Origin: the human T2T-CHM13v2.0 reference genome, Homo sapiens | Length of the DNA stretch: 64,000 nucleotides | NCBI RefSeq assembly: GCF_009914755.1 | Contig: NC_060935.1 | Strand: one strand, 5' to 3' | Part shown: positions 38,069-51,989 of the stretch, piece after piece | Numbering within the stretch: the first letter of the stretch is position 1 | Layout: each line of letters opens with the position of its first letter | The notes under the pieces: generated by a model | Seen by the model: only the letters and a program-made list of their open reading frames with translations | Told to the model about the DNA's origin: nothing | Databases searched by the model: none | Made by a program: the position numbers and the translations under genes

Positions 38069-38415
38069 TAGTCAGCCCTCTGTATCCATAGGTTCCACAT
38101 CCACGAATTCAATCAACAGCAGATGAAAAATATTTGGAGAAAAGAAAAAGGGATGGCTGCATCTTCACTGAGCATGTGCAGACTTTTTTCTTGTCATTAT
38201 TTCCTAAACAATATAGTATTACAACTATTTACACAGCATTTGCATTGTATCAGGTATTATGGGTAATCTGGAGATGATTTAAAGTATATGGGAGAATATG
38301 TGTAGGTTATATGCAAATACAACACCATTTCGTATCACGGATTCGAGTGTCCATGGATTTTGGTATCCAAGTGGGATTCTGGAACAAATCCCATGCAGAT
38401 ACCAAAAAACAACTG
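38069..38415. mobile_element. MER2 (TcMar-Tigger)
   Basis: cagccctctgtatccataggttccacatcc...ggttatatgcaaatac...ggattttggtatcc...caactg. Confidence 0.9.
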
Positions 38416-38482
38416 TATGTGCCTTCTGTGTACCAGGTTCTAAGATAGGAACTGGGGCGACAAAATTAAAATAAAAAATTTT

Positions 38483-38787
<305 letters not shown>

Positions 38788-38790
38788 CAA

Positions 38791-38911
38791 TTTAGACATG
38801 GGAGTCTCACTATGTTGCCCAGGCTAGACTCGAACTCCTAGCCTCAAATGACCCTCCCACCTCAACCTCCTGAGTAGCTGGGACTACAGGTGCATGCCAC
38901 CATGCCCAGCT
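38791..38911 (-). mobile_element. FLAM (free left Alu monomer)
   Basis: gtctcactatgttgcccaggctagactcgaactcc...ctgagtagctgggactacagg monomer. Confidence 0.85.
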
Positions 38912-39879
38912 TGGGGTGATAAATTTGAGGTCCTTCACCTCAAGTTACGTATATTTCTTTTTTTCAAAAACAAACAAAAATAACTAAACAAGAAATTTTT
39001 GTAATGTAAATTTTCAAACAGATTTCAAGAAAGAGAACAAGCAGTAGATCATGAACTCCATGTACTCATTACCCAGCTTCAGCAACTATCAGCCCTCCCT
39101 CTTCACTGGGGTTGTTTGGAAACAAGTCCCAGGCCTTGTATCATCTCCTCTGCAAGAGCTCCGGTGCGCACAGCCTTTTAGAGACAGGCAGACTTCTCAA
39201 CAAATGCTGCTGTGTTGCGGGAGCTGTGCCAGACCCCACTGGAAAGACCTGGGCCTAGCGCTAGTCTGGAGGGATCACCACTCCCTGGGGAAAACAGAGA
39301 GAGGTCAGGAATGATTTTTATATCGAGGGTGTCTAGGCTGAGTCACTAGGCTTAACTTCTAGGCTCCTGTGTTGAAATTTCAGAACGACAGAGGTGACCT
39401 GCCAGATAAGGACTGAATATGAGAGGAAGACACACCTATCGGAGGAGACCGCAGGCTTTCACACAACATAGATGGAGCACTTACAGCTCTCACAGTCTGC
39501 CTCCCTTATCCCACAATGGGAAAACTTAGGCTCAGAAAGCTGAGGCCTCCTCCCCACAGCTGCACAACTGGAGATCGGCAGGGCAGAATGGGGCTGGGCC
39601 CAGGTTCCTCCTTCTGCCTCCCCTCAGCATATGGGGGACCCCTGGCCGTGCCAGGCTGGGCTTGCCTTTTTCACACACCCAGGTTTCTGTGGCTGGGAAC
39701 AGCATAACGCTGATTGCCCAACAGGCTCTGGGCTGCGGGCGCCCCTCCACCCCCTGGCAGCTTCTGGAGGGGGCCAGCGGCCTGTAGCCCCCGAGTCATC
39801 ACGGGAGGCGTGTGACTTCTTCTTTCTTCCTGTACAAGTTGAGCACTTGCCACCCTGCTGTCTGTTTTTCCTTGCTAAG

Positions 39880-40250
39880 GTTCAGTTCTAATTATGTTGA
39901 TTTTCTTCATCCCATCCCTCCTGGAAGCTTATTAGGTTGAATATTTTTATTTATTATCATTTCGCCCAACTCCTGCCAGCATTTCCAATTACTCTCCCCG
40001 CTTCCTTGTAATTGTCTTTCTGTAATGGCTCTGAAACAATTGCGCTAAATGAGGTGTCTCCTGGAAGATGAGAGTCTCACTTCATTAAAGGCTAATGTAT
40101 TCTCAGCTCCAGCTCTGTGGGGCTAGCTTGGAAGGAAGACATTTAAACAGCTTCTTTTATTTTATAGGGAGCAACTTTTCAGCGACAAAGATGTCTGTGG
40201 GGTATATGTGTATGTGTGTGCGTTGCCTGGATTTTAATTTAAAGAAAGTT
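39880..40250. promoter_or_regulatory. Candidate enhancer
   Basis: Unique AT-rich block with CTAATTA, CCAATTA, GTAATTG, AACAATTG and CATTAA. Confidence 0.35.
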
Positions 40251-40594
40251 TATGAAATAGTGTAAGTCCCTTTATTGATGAGACTCTGTTCTCTGGGAGC
40301 TGAGATCTACACAGATGGGGTGCAGGGGAGCAAGAGGGGAAGGGGCAGTTGATTCTGAGGTCCGCCTGCCTTTCTGCTGGTTCCCAACCCAACCTCTCTT
40401 CCTCCATTCCTGCTGGCTCAACCCCCAGATGGATTCATGCCTCCATCCTGTGTTTCTACCTCCTCATTATATATTATATAAATATATATATATATTATAT
40501 TTCTACCTCCTCAGCTCAGATTCCACTGTGGTGATGGCCTCAGTGATGTTATTTTATATCAATCAAGTTTTTTTTTTTAGTTCATATATCCTGT

Positions 40595-41340
40595 CTCTTC
40601 ATTGTTCATTCATTTGTTCTATTGTCATTCATTCAACACCTGTCCATTGCCCACTCTGTTCAGGCCTTATTCAGGTTAGAGATATGCCTTTTGGAGCTTA
40701 TAGAACGGTAGCAAAGAGAGACAGCTGACAAGTAAGCAGGCACCTCTAGCACAATATGTTAAGTGCCTCCATCAGGCAAGGCCACAGCGCTCGTCAAGCG
40801 GTGAAGAGGGCACTTTGTGAAACCTTGTGGGATCAGGGCTGATACCTGAAGTGGCCAGGGAGTGAGTGGAAGTACTCCAGGCAGAGGGAGCTTGGTGAAT
40901 CACATCCTGGTAGCCAGAGAGGGCTTGGCTGATGAGGTGAAATGCAAAATTTCCCACATTTCAGGAGCATCGTGTGGGACAAAGGCTGTGGGGAAAGCTG
41001 GGGCTGGAGACTCTGGAGAGTCTCGAAGGACGTGGAAGAGTTTTAAGCAGGAGATTGATTTGGCCAGATCTGTGTTTTGGAAAGGTGGCCACTGCTTCAA
41101 TATGTGGAATAGATTGGAGGAAGGCAAAAAAAGAAACAAGGCAAGGAGACCTTGCAGGAAGCTGTTGCCAGAGATTATGATGACCTGCCTGAAGCCAGAG
41201 GCAGTGGAGAGAGAGACCTGTGTACCTTTATGAGGTGTTTCAGATGGAGAAATGGCAGGCTCAGAAGGGGGAGTGGTGGGAGGTAGAGGAGGCACCAAGG
41301 ATGGGCTCTAGGTTTCTGGTTTGGGCAACTGGTGAATGTT
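40595..41340 (-). mobile_element. L2
   Basis: cattcattcaacacc...gagttttaagcaggag...cagatctgtgttttggaaagg. Confidence 0.8.
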
Positions 41341-42269
41341 GAGTGGTGGGGTCCTGAAAACGAGGACAAGGTGTGGTACCCAATGAGAGGTCCATGTAGC
41401 TCCCCCGGGCTGCGAGATGACCAGGCACAAATCCCAGCAGAAGCTGGCCACCCTGGTCACTGTCACCAGAGGACCTCTACCAACCCGGCCTTTGGGTTGG
41501 AGGTGGCATCAGGGTTACAGGTGGCATCAGCTCACTCCTTCAGGGGGTCATAGACAGCTGCATCTGTCGAGTTCTTAAAAGCACCTGGATGCTGTGAGCT
41601 GTCAGCTGAGCAGGTCACTGATTGGCTCCAACTTCTGTCCCAGGCAACACAACTCATACCAAGGCCTTCGGCTATTCACCAGCAGCTCCCAGGGTCAAAG
41701 GCTACCTCTTCTAAGGGAGTTGTCATTGCACAGTCAAGAACGAGTAGGAAGGCCCTTCCTGATATGTTTGGGTTGGAAGTGAAGAATTTAAGTACAACTA
41801 AAAATATCTTTATGCTTCTGAGGCATTTGCTTAGGGTCCCTGGAAGCTTGCCCACAACACTCGTGGTGATAGCAATAAAAATCTTAATAAAACTTTTTCA
41901 CATTTATCAGGGCCTACTCTTGTCCCAGATACTCTTTGAGGCACTTGCATGATAGCCTCTCAGTCCTATCATGTAGATATTATCATTTTTTCTGTCATAA
42001 AGAGGAGGAAACAGAGGCACAGGGAGAAGTACGCAGGCTACTGGGCCTCCCCTGTGGCAGTTTCCTTCTCAGAATGAAAGAAGGAAGGAGAGAGTCCTGC
42101 TGGCCAGAGCCTGTTTGGGTGTGAGTGAGGAGGAGAGGAGGGTGGCTCAGCCCTGCCCTCCGCTTGCTGTTCTGCTGCTCCTCATGTGCACGTGTCCTTC
42201 AGGGTCCCGTGCAAATGCCACCGATGGTCCCAGGCAGAGCTAGGACTTCCTTCCTCCCTGGTTCCCAGA

Positions 42270-42440
42270 CTTCATACATTTCTCAGTGATAGCACCGCTG
42301 ATTTGTCGTGATTCCTTGGCATGGCTGTCACCTCATTTCTACCTTGGGTTTTCCCAAGGAAGGATCCTGGCTCACTCATCTCTATCACTGGCACCCAGCA
42401 CAGAGCCTGGCACCTAGTAGGCTTTCTATGAATAAATAAA
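42270..42440 (+). mobile_element. L2 3' end
   Basis: cccagcacagagcctggcacctagtagg...tgaataaataaa. Confidence 0.75.
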
Positions 42441-43149
42441 TGCTATTAGGGAAGCCAGGATGCTCAGGAGGGACCCTGGAGGTCGGAGTCAAAGAGGACC
42501 CCCTGGTTCCCTTCATCGCAGGAGCAGCCAGGCGTCTAGATATGCCCCAGATTGGACTCAGCTCTTCCCAGGGACCCACTTGGTAATAAGGGGGCGGTTG
42601 TCAGGAACACACATCTCTCTGCACTCTGGGGAAATGTGGGGGTTGGGATAAGTGCTCCTGCTGGGTGGGAGCATCGAAGGAAGCCGCGTCTGGCTGGATG
42701 TTTATCCTGATGAGGTTCTTATGTAACACCAGGCTTCCTCCAGCTCCTAGGGACTGAAGAGCGCGCACACCAGGGAAACAAACAAATGGAGATGCGAACC
42801 ACTTGTGCCATTAGACAACTGAAGGGAAGAGGTGTACACATCTGACGTCCTCAGCAAAAATTTAGCACCAGGGCAATTTCCGAACCGCTTTTTACAAAGA
42901 AAAAAATGTCTCTTTATATATTCCAAGTGTAAAAACTCACCAGTGGCTTCCATCTCCCTGAATCTCAGATGGTGCACTGATGGCCATTTGCCAGGGCTGC
43001 AAAGGGGCGATGGGGTTCCTGGAGGTTCTACCCAGCCCACGTCCCTGCCATGGGGCTGGTGCCACCTCCTCAGCAGCTCCCTCCTCACCCAGTGGGATCT
43101 GCCTGAGGGCAGCAAGGGGAGAAAGAAAAGGGAATGCAGTCCCAGGTCT

Positions 43150-43260
43150 GAGCCAGGAGTCCTCGTCTTGAGGCCTGATCACTAAATGGCTGTGTGACCT
43201 TGGGCAAGTGGCTTACCATTCTGAGCCTCAGTTTCACATCTATACAATGAAGAGAACAGT
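43150..43260 (+). mobile_element. MIR fragment
   Basis: gctgtgtgaccttgggcaagtggctta...ctgagcctcagtttcacatct. Confidence 0.85.
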
Positions 43261-44179
43261 CAGTTCTGACCCGCCTAACTCACTGGCTTGTTTTGAATAC
43301 CTGTACCCTGCACAGGTTGTGTAGGGGATCACAACCGCATTGTGACACTACCTGTCATCCGAGCTGGGTCAAAGCTGAGCCCCAGGTGCAGGTGAGTAAC
43401 ATGGCATCCCCTGCTTGCTCTAGCCAACCTTCTTTTCCTCCTGTTCCAGAGCTGAGCCCTGTTCCCACCTCACCTTCTGTAACATTGATGACGGTGTCCA
43501 GGTGAATTCTAAGTCTGAGGTCCCAAGGGGCTCTTGGAAACAGCAGATGGGGATGGCAAGTGGCCTGCACAGTGCTGGACAGTGGATGGTTTAGGGTAAG
43601 AAGTCTTAGAATCCTGGAATGGAGCTAAGTGGAAAATCACTTTACGCACTTCTTAAACATGTATTAAAGACTTACCACACACCCGGCATTGTGCTAGATA
43701 TTGAGGATGCAACGCGAATGATACACAGTCCCTGTCCTTTCAGGGTTTGCTGTCTAGCAAGTATTCCAGATTAATGCCCATTTACCACCATTTTATAGAT
43801 GAAAAAATAAGGCTGCCCAGGAGGGAAAGTGACTATCCTGGCCACATGGCTGGTTAGTGCGCTTAGCAGGATCAAAAATCGGCATTGTGAAGATGAAACG
43901 AGCGAATGCATACCCAGGACTCAGAGCTGTGCCTGGAACCACCCAGTGAGGGTTCTCTATATGTCTCCATGACATCTCCAGACCCCAGGAGCATTTCCGT
44001 GATGCCTCAAGACCCCTCATTTCCCTGAGCTCTAGCCTCGCTCATATCATGAGGTTGGGCATTTGAAATGAGCCCAGCCCACCCCCGGGATGAGACTGAC
44101 AAAGGCAGGACAGGGATGACAGTGGGTCCTGAGGCCCTTGACCCTGGCTCTTATGGGAGCAACCTGGGCATTTTGTTCC

Positions 44180-44440
44180 TTTATTCAACCAATGCTTATG
44201 GAGAGCTTGCCCCATGCCAGGCACTGGGGCTCATTGCTGAATGGCACCAACAAGGCCCCAGCCCTCAAGGAATTTCTGTGTTAGTGGGGAAGGGGATTGG
44301 ACAATCAACTATAAATAAACACATAAACCAGATATTTTCAGAATGAGACAAGAGCTGTCCAAGTCACATGCGGGGTGACGTACTAGAGAGTAACAGGGTG
44401 GTTGTTGGGAGGTGGGGGGCAAGGTGGGGGACGGGCTTTG
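44180..44440 (-). mobile_element. L2 fragment
   Basis: attcaaccaatgcttatggagagc...catgccaggcactgggg. Confidence 0.65.
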
Positions 44441-45409
44441 TTCACTTCTGGAAGTCGCCCTGCCAAATGAGCAGGGTTCTGGAGAGACTCTGCCCAGCAC
44501 CAACACACCAGAGTCTCCCAAGTTCAGCATTCCAAATAAAGGTAATCAATACTGAGATGGTCTCTACCCTTCCCAGCCCCTTGCCCACAGCTAGAAGTCA
44601 TGCATCTAGTATAGGCTACCTCAGTTTTCACCAGTATCCCCTTGGAGGGCTCCATGACCTCCCTTCATCAAAATCTGGAATCAGGAGTAAAAGAAATACA
44701 GAAAGACCAGGACTGTTCCTCTGATGCTCCTCGGCCCTGAGTTCTCCAATCTCAGGAAATGAGGGAACTTAGCCTGCTGGGAAGACGGTGGGGATGGACT
44801 CCAGGCTGAAACGTCAGGGTGAAACTTCCAGAACTGAGAAGCCACAGAAAATATTTTATTCCAGGGCAGTGGCAATTGCTGGGGAGCTACAGCAGCCTCC
44901 CCATTCCATGAACAGGGGAAGACCCAAGACACAGTTTCCAAGGCACTTCAGGGCCCAACTAAACAAAGCCAGGAGCCTGCCTAGGACATCAGACAAGCAG
45001 AGATAAAAAGGGCTTCAGGGACTGGGTTTCTGTATGTGGGTGCCCACTGAGTCTGTCTCTTCAGAAGTCTTCAGAATCAAGTATCCTCCTTCCTCTGGGA
45101 CTGTTCCCCACCACCCTAAACCCTGGGCAGGCACCTCAGGTGAAAACCAGGAAGAAGGGAGGTTTTCCTGACCAGGTAGTACCCACTCTGTGCATTTGGG
45201 GCCGGGGAAGGGCACCCAGACTCCATCCAGTGAGTTCCTGGTGCCACCAAGCCAGTGCTGGGGTTGCCAGGCCCCAGGTACACACTTATCTCTGGGGATT
45301 GGTGGTCAGCGGTGCCTCCCCCTGCCAGTCCTCATCCTTGAGCCCCTGAACCTCAGAGCTCCATTTTTGTTCACCAACCCCCTGACTTGGCAGCCCCCTG
45401 AGAGATACT

Positions 45410-45900
45410 TTTTTTCCAGATAGCCACTTCCTGGTTTCTCAGCAGATCAATCCCGCTGCTCTTCTCTGGCTCAGCTGCTGTAGTGGCTGCAGATTTCTTA
45501 GTAATGATCTTCCTCCAGGAGCAGGGGAGAGAGAGGCTTCTGCTTCCGTTGCAGCCGCCTCTGTCTCGGCTGCCAACATCAAAGCTTTCCTTGTGGCTTT
45601 GGTAGAATATTGAGAATTGCGAGATAATTAAGTTGCATTTCTGTGCATTGTTTACTGTTGCTCTCAACCAATCACTATTCCATAGGGGCTAATCTGTGTA
45701 GGGTTTTTTTTTTTTCCTTCTTCTTTGCAGTGCTTGTTTGTACCACATTCTTCATTATGCTTCAGTTACAATTTTAATTTTACTATTATTAAATCTTCCC
45801 CAAAGCTGTATTATTCTGTGCCTCTGAGCTGGAATTCCTGATTTGGGGACTGTTTGCATCTGGGCCTGTTCACAAATGATTGTTCTTGTTTACAAAAGAA
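45410..45900. promoter_or_regulatory. Candidate enhancer (TCF, SOX/FOX, ETS, CCAAT, homeodomain)
   Basis: ACATCAAAG at 45576-45584; CATTGTTTAC at 45646-45655; AACCAATCA at 45666-45674; CACTTCCTG; ATAATTAA. Confidence 0.45.
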
Positions 45901-46184
45901 CATACATTAAAACTCAGCACTAGAGGAATCCCTGCTCCTTTTCCTCTTCGCTGTCCCCGGCTGGCTCACCTGCTTGTCGGAGGTAGGGGAGAGGGGAGAG
46001 GGGAAGCAGGAACCATCTGGTACTTTCTGAGATTGTGCTGTTGATAGAACATCTTCATGGCCTCCAATGGTCAAACCCGCCTCCAGTGGCCAAAGAAGCC
46101 AAGTGCAGGGGCTGGCCAGTGAGCTGGAGGCTGTTTTCAAGACCTGCAGGATCCCAGTAGGATACCTCCATGTTTATTCCAGCA

Positions 46185-46420
46185 ATGGTTAGGAGTACGG
46201 GCTTCGGAATCGAACAAATCTGGATTTGAAATCCAACTTCTTCATTTACTAAGAATCTGACATTGGGCAGTTAGTAACTTCTCTCAGCCTCAGTTTCCCT
46301 GCTGTAAAAATGAAGAAGCAGCAGCTGACGATCCTGCCCACAGGTAAGGATGAAAAGGGATGACGTTTTAGAACAGTGTCCACCACACGGCAAGGACTTA
46401 GTGAAGGGTAGGTAAATTTA
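46185..46420 (+). mobile_element. MIR
   Basis: tggttaggagtacgggcttcggaatcgaacaaatctggatttgaaatcc...gcctcagtttccc. Confidence 0.85.
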
Positions 46421-46989
46421 GGTTGCCCTTTTCATCGTCATTGTCACTCTACCATTCTGTCTCCTGTCTGTTTTGTTTCCATTTTTCTGCCCCTCTGAAG
46501 CTTGTCTGCTCACTTAGACTTTGCATGAGAGCTCGGAGGCTCAGGCCTGCCTCTGGTCTCATCATTAAGCCAGTGGCGTGGAGTAGGAAGCACTTTCCCT
46601 ATAGCCTTAGTGACTGTTAACGGCAGGAATTTGTTAACCTGCCTTCCCAAGAAGGAAAAGTGGCAGGCCTCAGGGCACCTGAGCTTGCAGAAAGAATTCA
46701 GCCCTGCCCCAGTTGAAGATGGCCTTCCCTGGGGTTTTAGGACCCCAGAGCCAGCTGCCAGCCCCCTACTGCCTTATTGTCAGGTCCCAACCCTGGCAGA
46801 ACCAGTGCAGCTGGTCACCAAAGCTTTCTTCCGCCACACCCACCCCAGCACCCCTGCAACCTCAGCTTCCTCATAGACTTTCCTTAGCTTCTTTCTTCCT
46901 GTCACCCTGTCCCCTCAAGCACCATGCACACACTAAAACCATAACTTTTTCCCCCTCTTTCCCATTATCTCTAACCCATATACTCCGGG

Positions 46990-47360
46990 AAGTTTAATTT
47001 GTTCTCGGTAGTAATCACCATTAACTAGAAATTGTCTTTCTCTGTGTAAACACGTCATTAGTGAAGCTGGTTTTCTGCAGGGTCCAGATTTCATTTTTAT
47101 TAAAATGAAACACTTTCAGGCACCTCACTGTGTCCAAGGAAAGAGAGTATAATTTTAACCCATTGGGTTGGCCACAGATAATTGGGCTGGCATTTGATTG
47201 GACGATTAGGGAAATATCTTCTTTGCATGCAGTATAATTTGCATTTTTTTCCCACTTATATGAAGCTAAGTCATGCTTTCGTACACAGGCAGTTTTAATG
47301 AGCATTATAAATCCTAATGAATATATTTTCATGTTCATTTTATTGGCTTGTTTTTATTAC
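46990..47360. promoter_or_regulatory. Candidate AT-rich enhancer (POU/FOX/homeodomain)
   Basis: TAATTTGCAT at 47235-47244; GTAAACA at ~47046; many TAAT/ATTA cores; repeat-free. Confidence 0.4.
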
Positions 47361-48559
47361 TAGAGGTCTGAAAAACAGGGCCAGAGAGGGAGCTGCAGAG
47401 GAAATGGCAGGGGAGAGAAGCACTGTGGCAGCCTTCTGCCCCCTCCCCTGCTGCCGCCCTGGCTGCCAGAGGGTGGATGACTGGCAGGGTGGGGTCACCC
47501 AAGTCCTCTTTAACCCAAACCAGAAGTTGCTTTGGGTCCCCTGGGGATGCAGAGAACATGTCTCTTGCCTCGGGGCCAGAGGAGCTCCTGCTGCAGCCTC
47601 AGCCTCAGCTCCAACAGTGACAGAAGCCGTGAAAACAGCAAACCCTAGTTCATCATGGTCTGCCATGGAAGAGGGAGTGAAGTATTTCTGCATAGTGTCG
47701 GACACATACTAGGATCTCAATGCAGATTAATCAAATGGAATCTGATTGAATTCTTCTTCACAAGGAGCCAGCCACCACATCCAGAGTATTCATTCTCGGT
47801 CATGACACTGAAAGGCAATTAACAAGTGTACAGAGAGTGAATTTTTCCTGGATGATTCTGGAGGTTCTTCAAAATCCTAGGGTCTTTGCACATCATTGTG
47901 AGTATCAATTCTCGGTCCCAGAGTTTTGCTTATCTCTAAAATGAGAGGATACATTCATTCATGCATTCATTCATTCACTCATTTAAGACGCATGTTAGAC
48001 ACCCACTATGTTCTAGACACTGAGGCAGGACATACATAAGGTAATCCCTAAGATTCCTGCCAGCTCTGACAACTTTTTTTATTCTGTAATAAGTGACCAA
48101 TAAAGTGAGATTTTTGTTCCAGTTTGTGGCTTTGGTTTTAAGATCACTCCCCGAGTGATTTTAGAGTTGGGTCTCTTTTCATTAGGCACCCTAAGTACCT
48201 CTGTTGTACCCTGGCCCCCCTGCATATCAGCAGTCCCAGGCTTCCACACCACTGAGGCCTTTTATCCCTGCTCCCCACATGAGGCTGACCTGTGGACTTC
48301 CGCGTGGCCCTTTACCTTTGCCTCTGGCTGAAGGGCATCCTTGGCATGTCTTCCTTTGGGATCCTGGGGATGGCCCACCTGCCTTGGCTTTGAAGGCCTG
48401 GCCCACACTGGGCCATGGGATCTGCTATGGGCAGGCTGGCTGGGAGTCTGCTATGGCTTCACACATTGTCTACTTACTGACCTACTGCACCTCACCACAC
48501 AGCCTGCTTTCGGTTGACTGTCCTAACCCCATCCTAACTCTGCCATCCCACCCCCATTC

Positions 48560-49193
<634 letters not shown>

Positions 49194-49624
49194 TGTTTTA
49201 TGGTTTTTTTTAATCAGAAAGGTGATTGATGCTCACATAGGTTGGGAGTTTTGAGGATGTTTCAGAAGTTAATTCAAGTAAAGACGAGTTCTGTTGCCTT
49301 TGCCACCATCTCTTCAACATGGCAGCTCAGTGCTTGGGGGTGACGTCTCCCTAGTAGCTGCAGGCTTTCGTGAGTTGCATTTGGGAGGTCAGCCCTGTTT
49401 TCCATTAAGACTACATCTTCTGCCACCCCCACCTCTCCATGCACACACACGGCTGAGGACGTCTCGCTGTGGCCTTGAGGACAACTTTATGTTTTCCTGC
49501 TATACAAGAGATGTTTACTGAACAAACACCACATGCTAGATTCTGTGAGAAACAGGAGAAACTAGCAAAGAGGCCTTGTGGAGAAGTGGGAAGGAAGCTG
49601 GCCCACAGTGGAAGGCCTCAGTGA

Positions 49625-49790
49625 ATTTCTGACTTTGCTACTTTCTGCTGTGTGGCCTCAGGTAAGCATCTCACCTTCCTGGGCCCCTTTTTCCCCATCT
49701 ATAAAATGATAATAATAATTACCTATGGCACAGTAAGTGATAGGGATTTAAATGAGATACTGATTGTGGTAATGACCTGGAAACTGTAAA
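49625..49790 (+). mobile_element. MIR fragment
   Basis: ttttccccatctataaaatgataataataattaccta. Confidence 0.75.
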
Positions 49791-51327
49791 TGCTTGTCAT
49801 TTTTCAGGTGGAATGTGACCAAGTTCCAAAGCGATTTGGATCGTGGGTCCTGGGTTATAGCCTATTTCTTGTCTTGGAAGGGCTGGTGAGGGGGAAAAGG
49901 GATGTTTGCTGTCAGGATGGGATGTTGCTGCTTCCTGGAGTCACATATTTATGTTATCTGTCTTTTCCAAAGAGGAGAAACAGAGAAAGGGCTCTGGCTG
50001 GAGTTCACCATTGGGATGGTTTCATAGATCTGGTTTCAACCTCACCACCACAGAAGACCATGATTGCCAAGCGAGTGCCTGCACTTTGCCTTAAGAAATG
50101 AGCTCAAGTTGAGGCAATGTGCAATTCAGGGTGCCCTGCAGCTAAGCACTGATTTGTCTCTGTTGCATGTGGTAGATCAGCCTTGTCTTCCTTTAAGACT
50201 GCAAACTTCTGGACAGGGGTCCTTGTGGAGACTTCTTCCACATGCTCCCTCCCCACCACCACACTCCCAGTGGTAGGCTCAGGGTTGCTCATCTGTTCAA
50301 GAACTGCCTTTCAGTGACCTCATTGGCCAGAAGCAGGAGCACCAGTGATACTCTCAGCAGGGCATCTCACCCCCAAGTCAAGGCTAAGTGTCTGCAACTG
50401 ACCAGCTGGTCTTGCTCAAAAGGGAGAACATGGCCAGAGGGAGCAGAGCATCAGCTCCAATGCCGCTCTTTCCGATCTGCAAACACAATAGAATTAACTG
50501 GCCCGAGACACCAAATTTTTGTGAAAAAGGTGGTGTAAGTGCAAAAGCAATCTGCTGGCCCATTGCAGAGCCAGGTCTTAAATTACAGAGTGTAATGGTG
50601 TTGGCACATTCCGAACTGTTCCCTGAGTCCCTTGGCATTCCTGGAGCCAAGGCTTCACAGACAGAGCAACTTCCCAACAGCCCAGGAGGGTGCGGGGATG
50701 CAGAGCAGCCCTCCAGTCCCCTGCAACCAACTATTTTAGGGCACCTGGAGGGGAAGAGCACTAAGAAGGGTGTTAATTCATTATGAGCCGTGATGGGGCA
50801 CTGGAGGGGAGAAGTGGGCCCACCTGCTCACAAGACGCCTTTGGTGTCAGATCCAGCTCTAGATGAGGAAGGGCTGAAGAGTAGGGGCCAGACAGTGAGA
50901 CAGTGGAGGCGGCGGTGGGGGGGTGGTTCTTTATGCAGCTGCGTCTCCCCTTGGGCCGGAAGGAGTGATGACTCTGGAGAGGTGGGGACGAAGGTCAGAA
51001 CAGACCATGAGGAATGAAAGGACGCTTGTGTTCTGGCAGCCACGCGTGAGGATGGAGGACTGGTCAGGCACTCGGGGAGGGAGCGCTATCTCACCTCTCT
51101 GGCTGAGGGGGTGTTTGCTTAGCGTCCCGTCGCAGATTAGCCCACTTGAGTCTAGAAGTGCCACATCACGGTGGGAGGCGGGCTGGTGTGTTTGCGCTAG
51201 GTCACTCAGGGAGCTTGAGGCATTGTGGGATGGCAGGAGATGCCTCCCAGAAACCGATTTTAATGCCCGCTCCACCTTTGCCCTGCTCCCCAAGCAGCCC
51301 TCCCACCCTTCCTCCCTCCCTGTCCTT

Positions 51328-51388
51328 TCTCTACCCCACAGGCTTTGTCTGTGCAATCCTCTCTCTACCCCACAGGCTTTGTCTGTGC
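51328..51388 (+). repeat. 27-bp exact tandem duplication (period 34)
   Basis: TCTCTACCCCACAGGCTTTGTCTGTGC at 51328-51354 and 51362-51388. Confidence 0.95.
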
Positions 51389-51989
51389 TGGGAGGGGCTC
51401 GGAACTAGCTGGGGGAGGGAGGTGATCTTGTCCTTTCTTTCCACTCGTTCTGGGCACCTCATCACCTCTCTCTTTTCTTTCTCTAACTTTCTCTGCTTCT
51501 CCTTACTTCTCTGTTTCCCTCTCCCATGCGTTCCCTCCTGCTCCTCTACTCACGTACCCTCCTTTTCCTCTCTGTGTCCCTCTTTCTATTTCTATGATCC
51601 GTTTCCTAGTGCTCCTTTTGTTCAGTCATCGGCGCCCCTCGCCCTCCCCGAGGTTGTGCCGGGAGTAATGCTGGTTAAATGCTGCTGTCTGCACGGGGCA
51701 GTCTCTGTAGTGTGTGCTGAATTGCTGCAGGGAGGGCCAAGAGCACAGCACAGAGGGCCAGAGCCAGTGGTGTGGTGCTTCTAGACTCAGTCGGGTGCCA
51801 GCCCTAGCTCTAGTATGCCCTGGTTGTGTGACTGGGGACCAATTCCTATTTTTCCTTGGGCCTCAGTTTCCCCAGAAATGCAATGGGGAGGACATTGCCC
51901 TACCCTTCAAGGACATGCCTCGGTTCATAAAGGAGACCTCCTCTCTCTAGAGCCAAGCTCCCCCACCCCACCCCCATCCTGCCAGGGCA

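Noticed and set aside
51146-51784. Longest ORF (212 aa)
   Set aside because: Non-ATG start; low-complexity S/L/P/F/C content from a pyrimidine-rich tract; no recognisable domain
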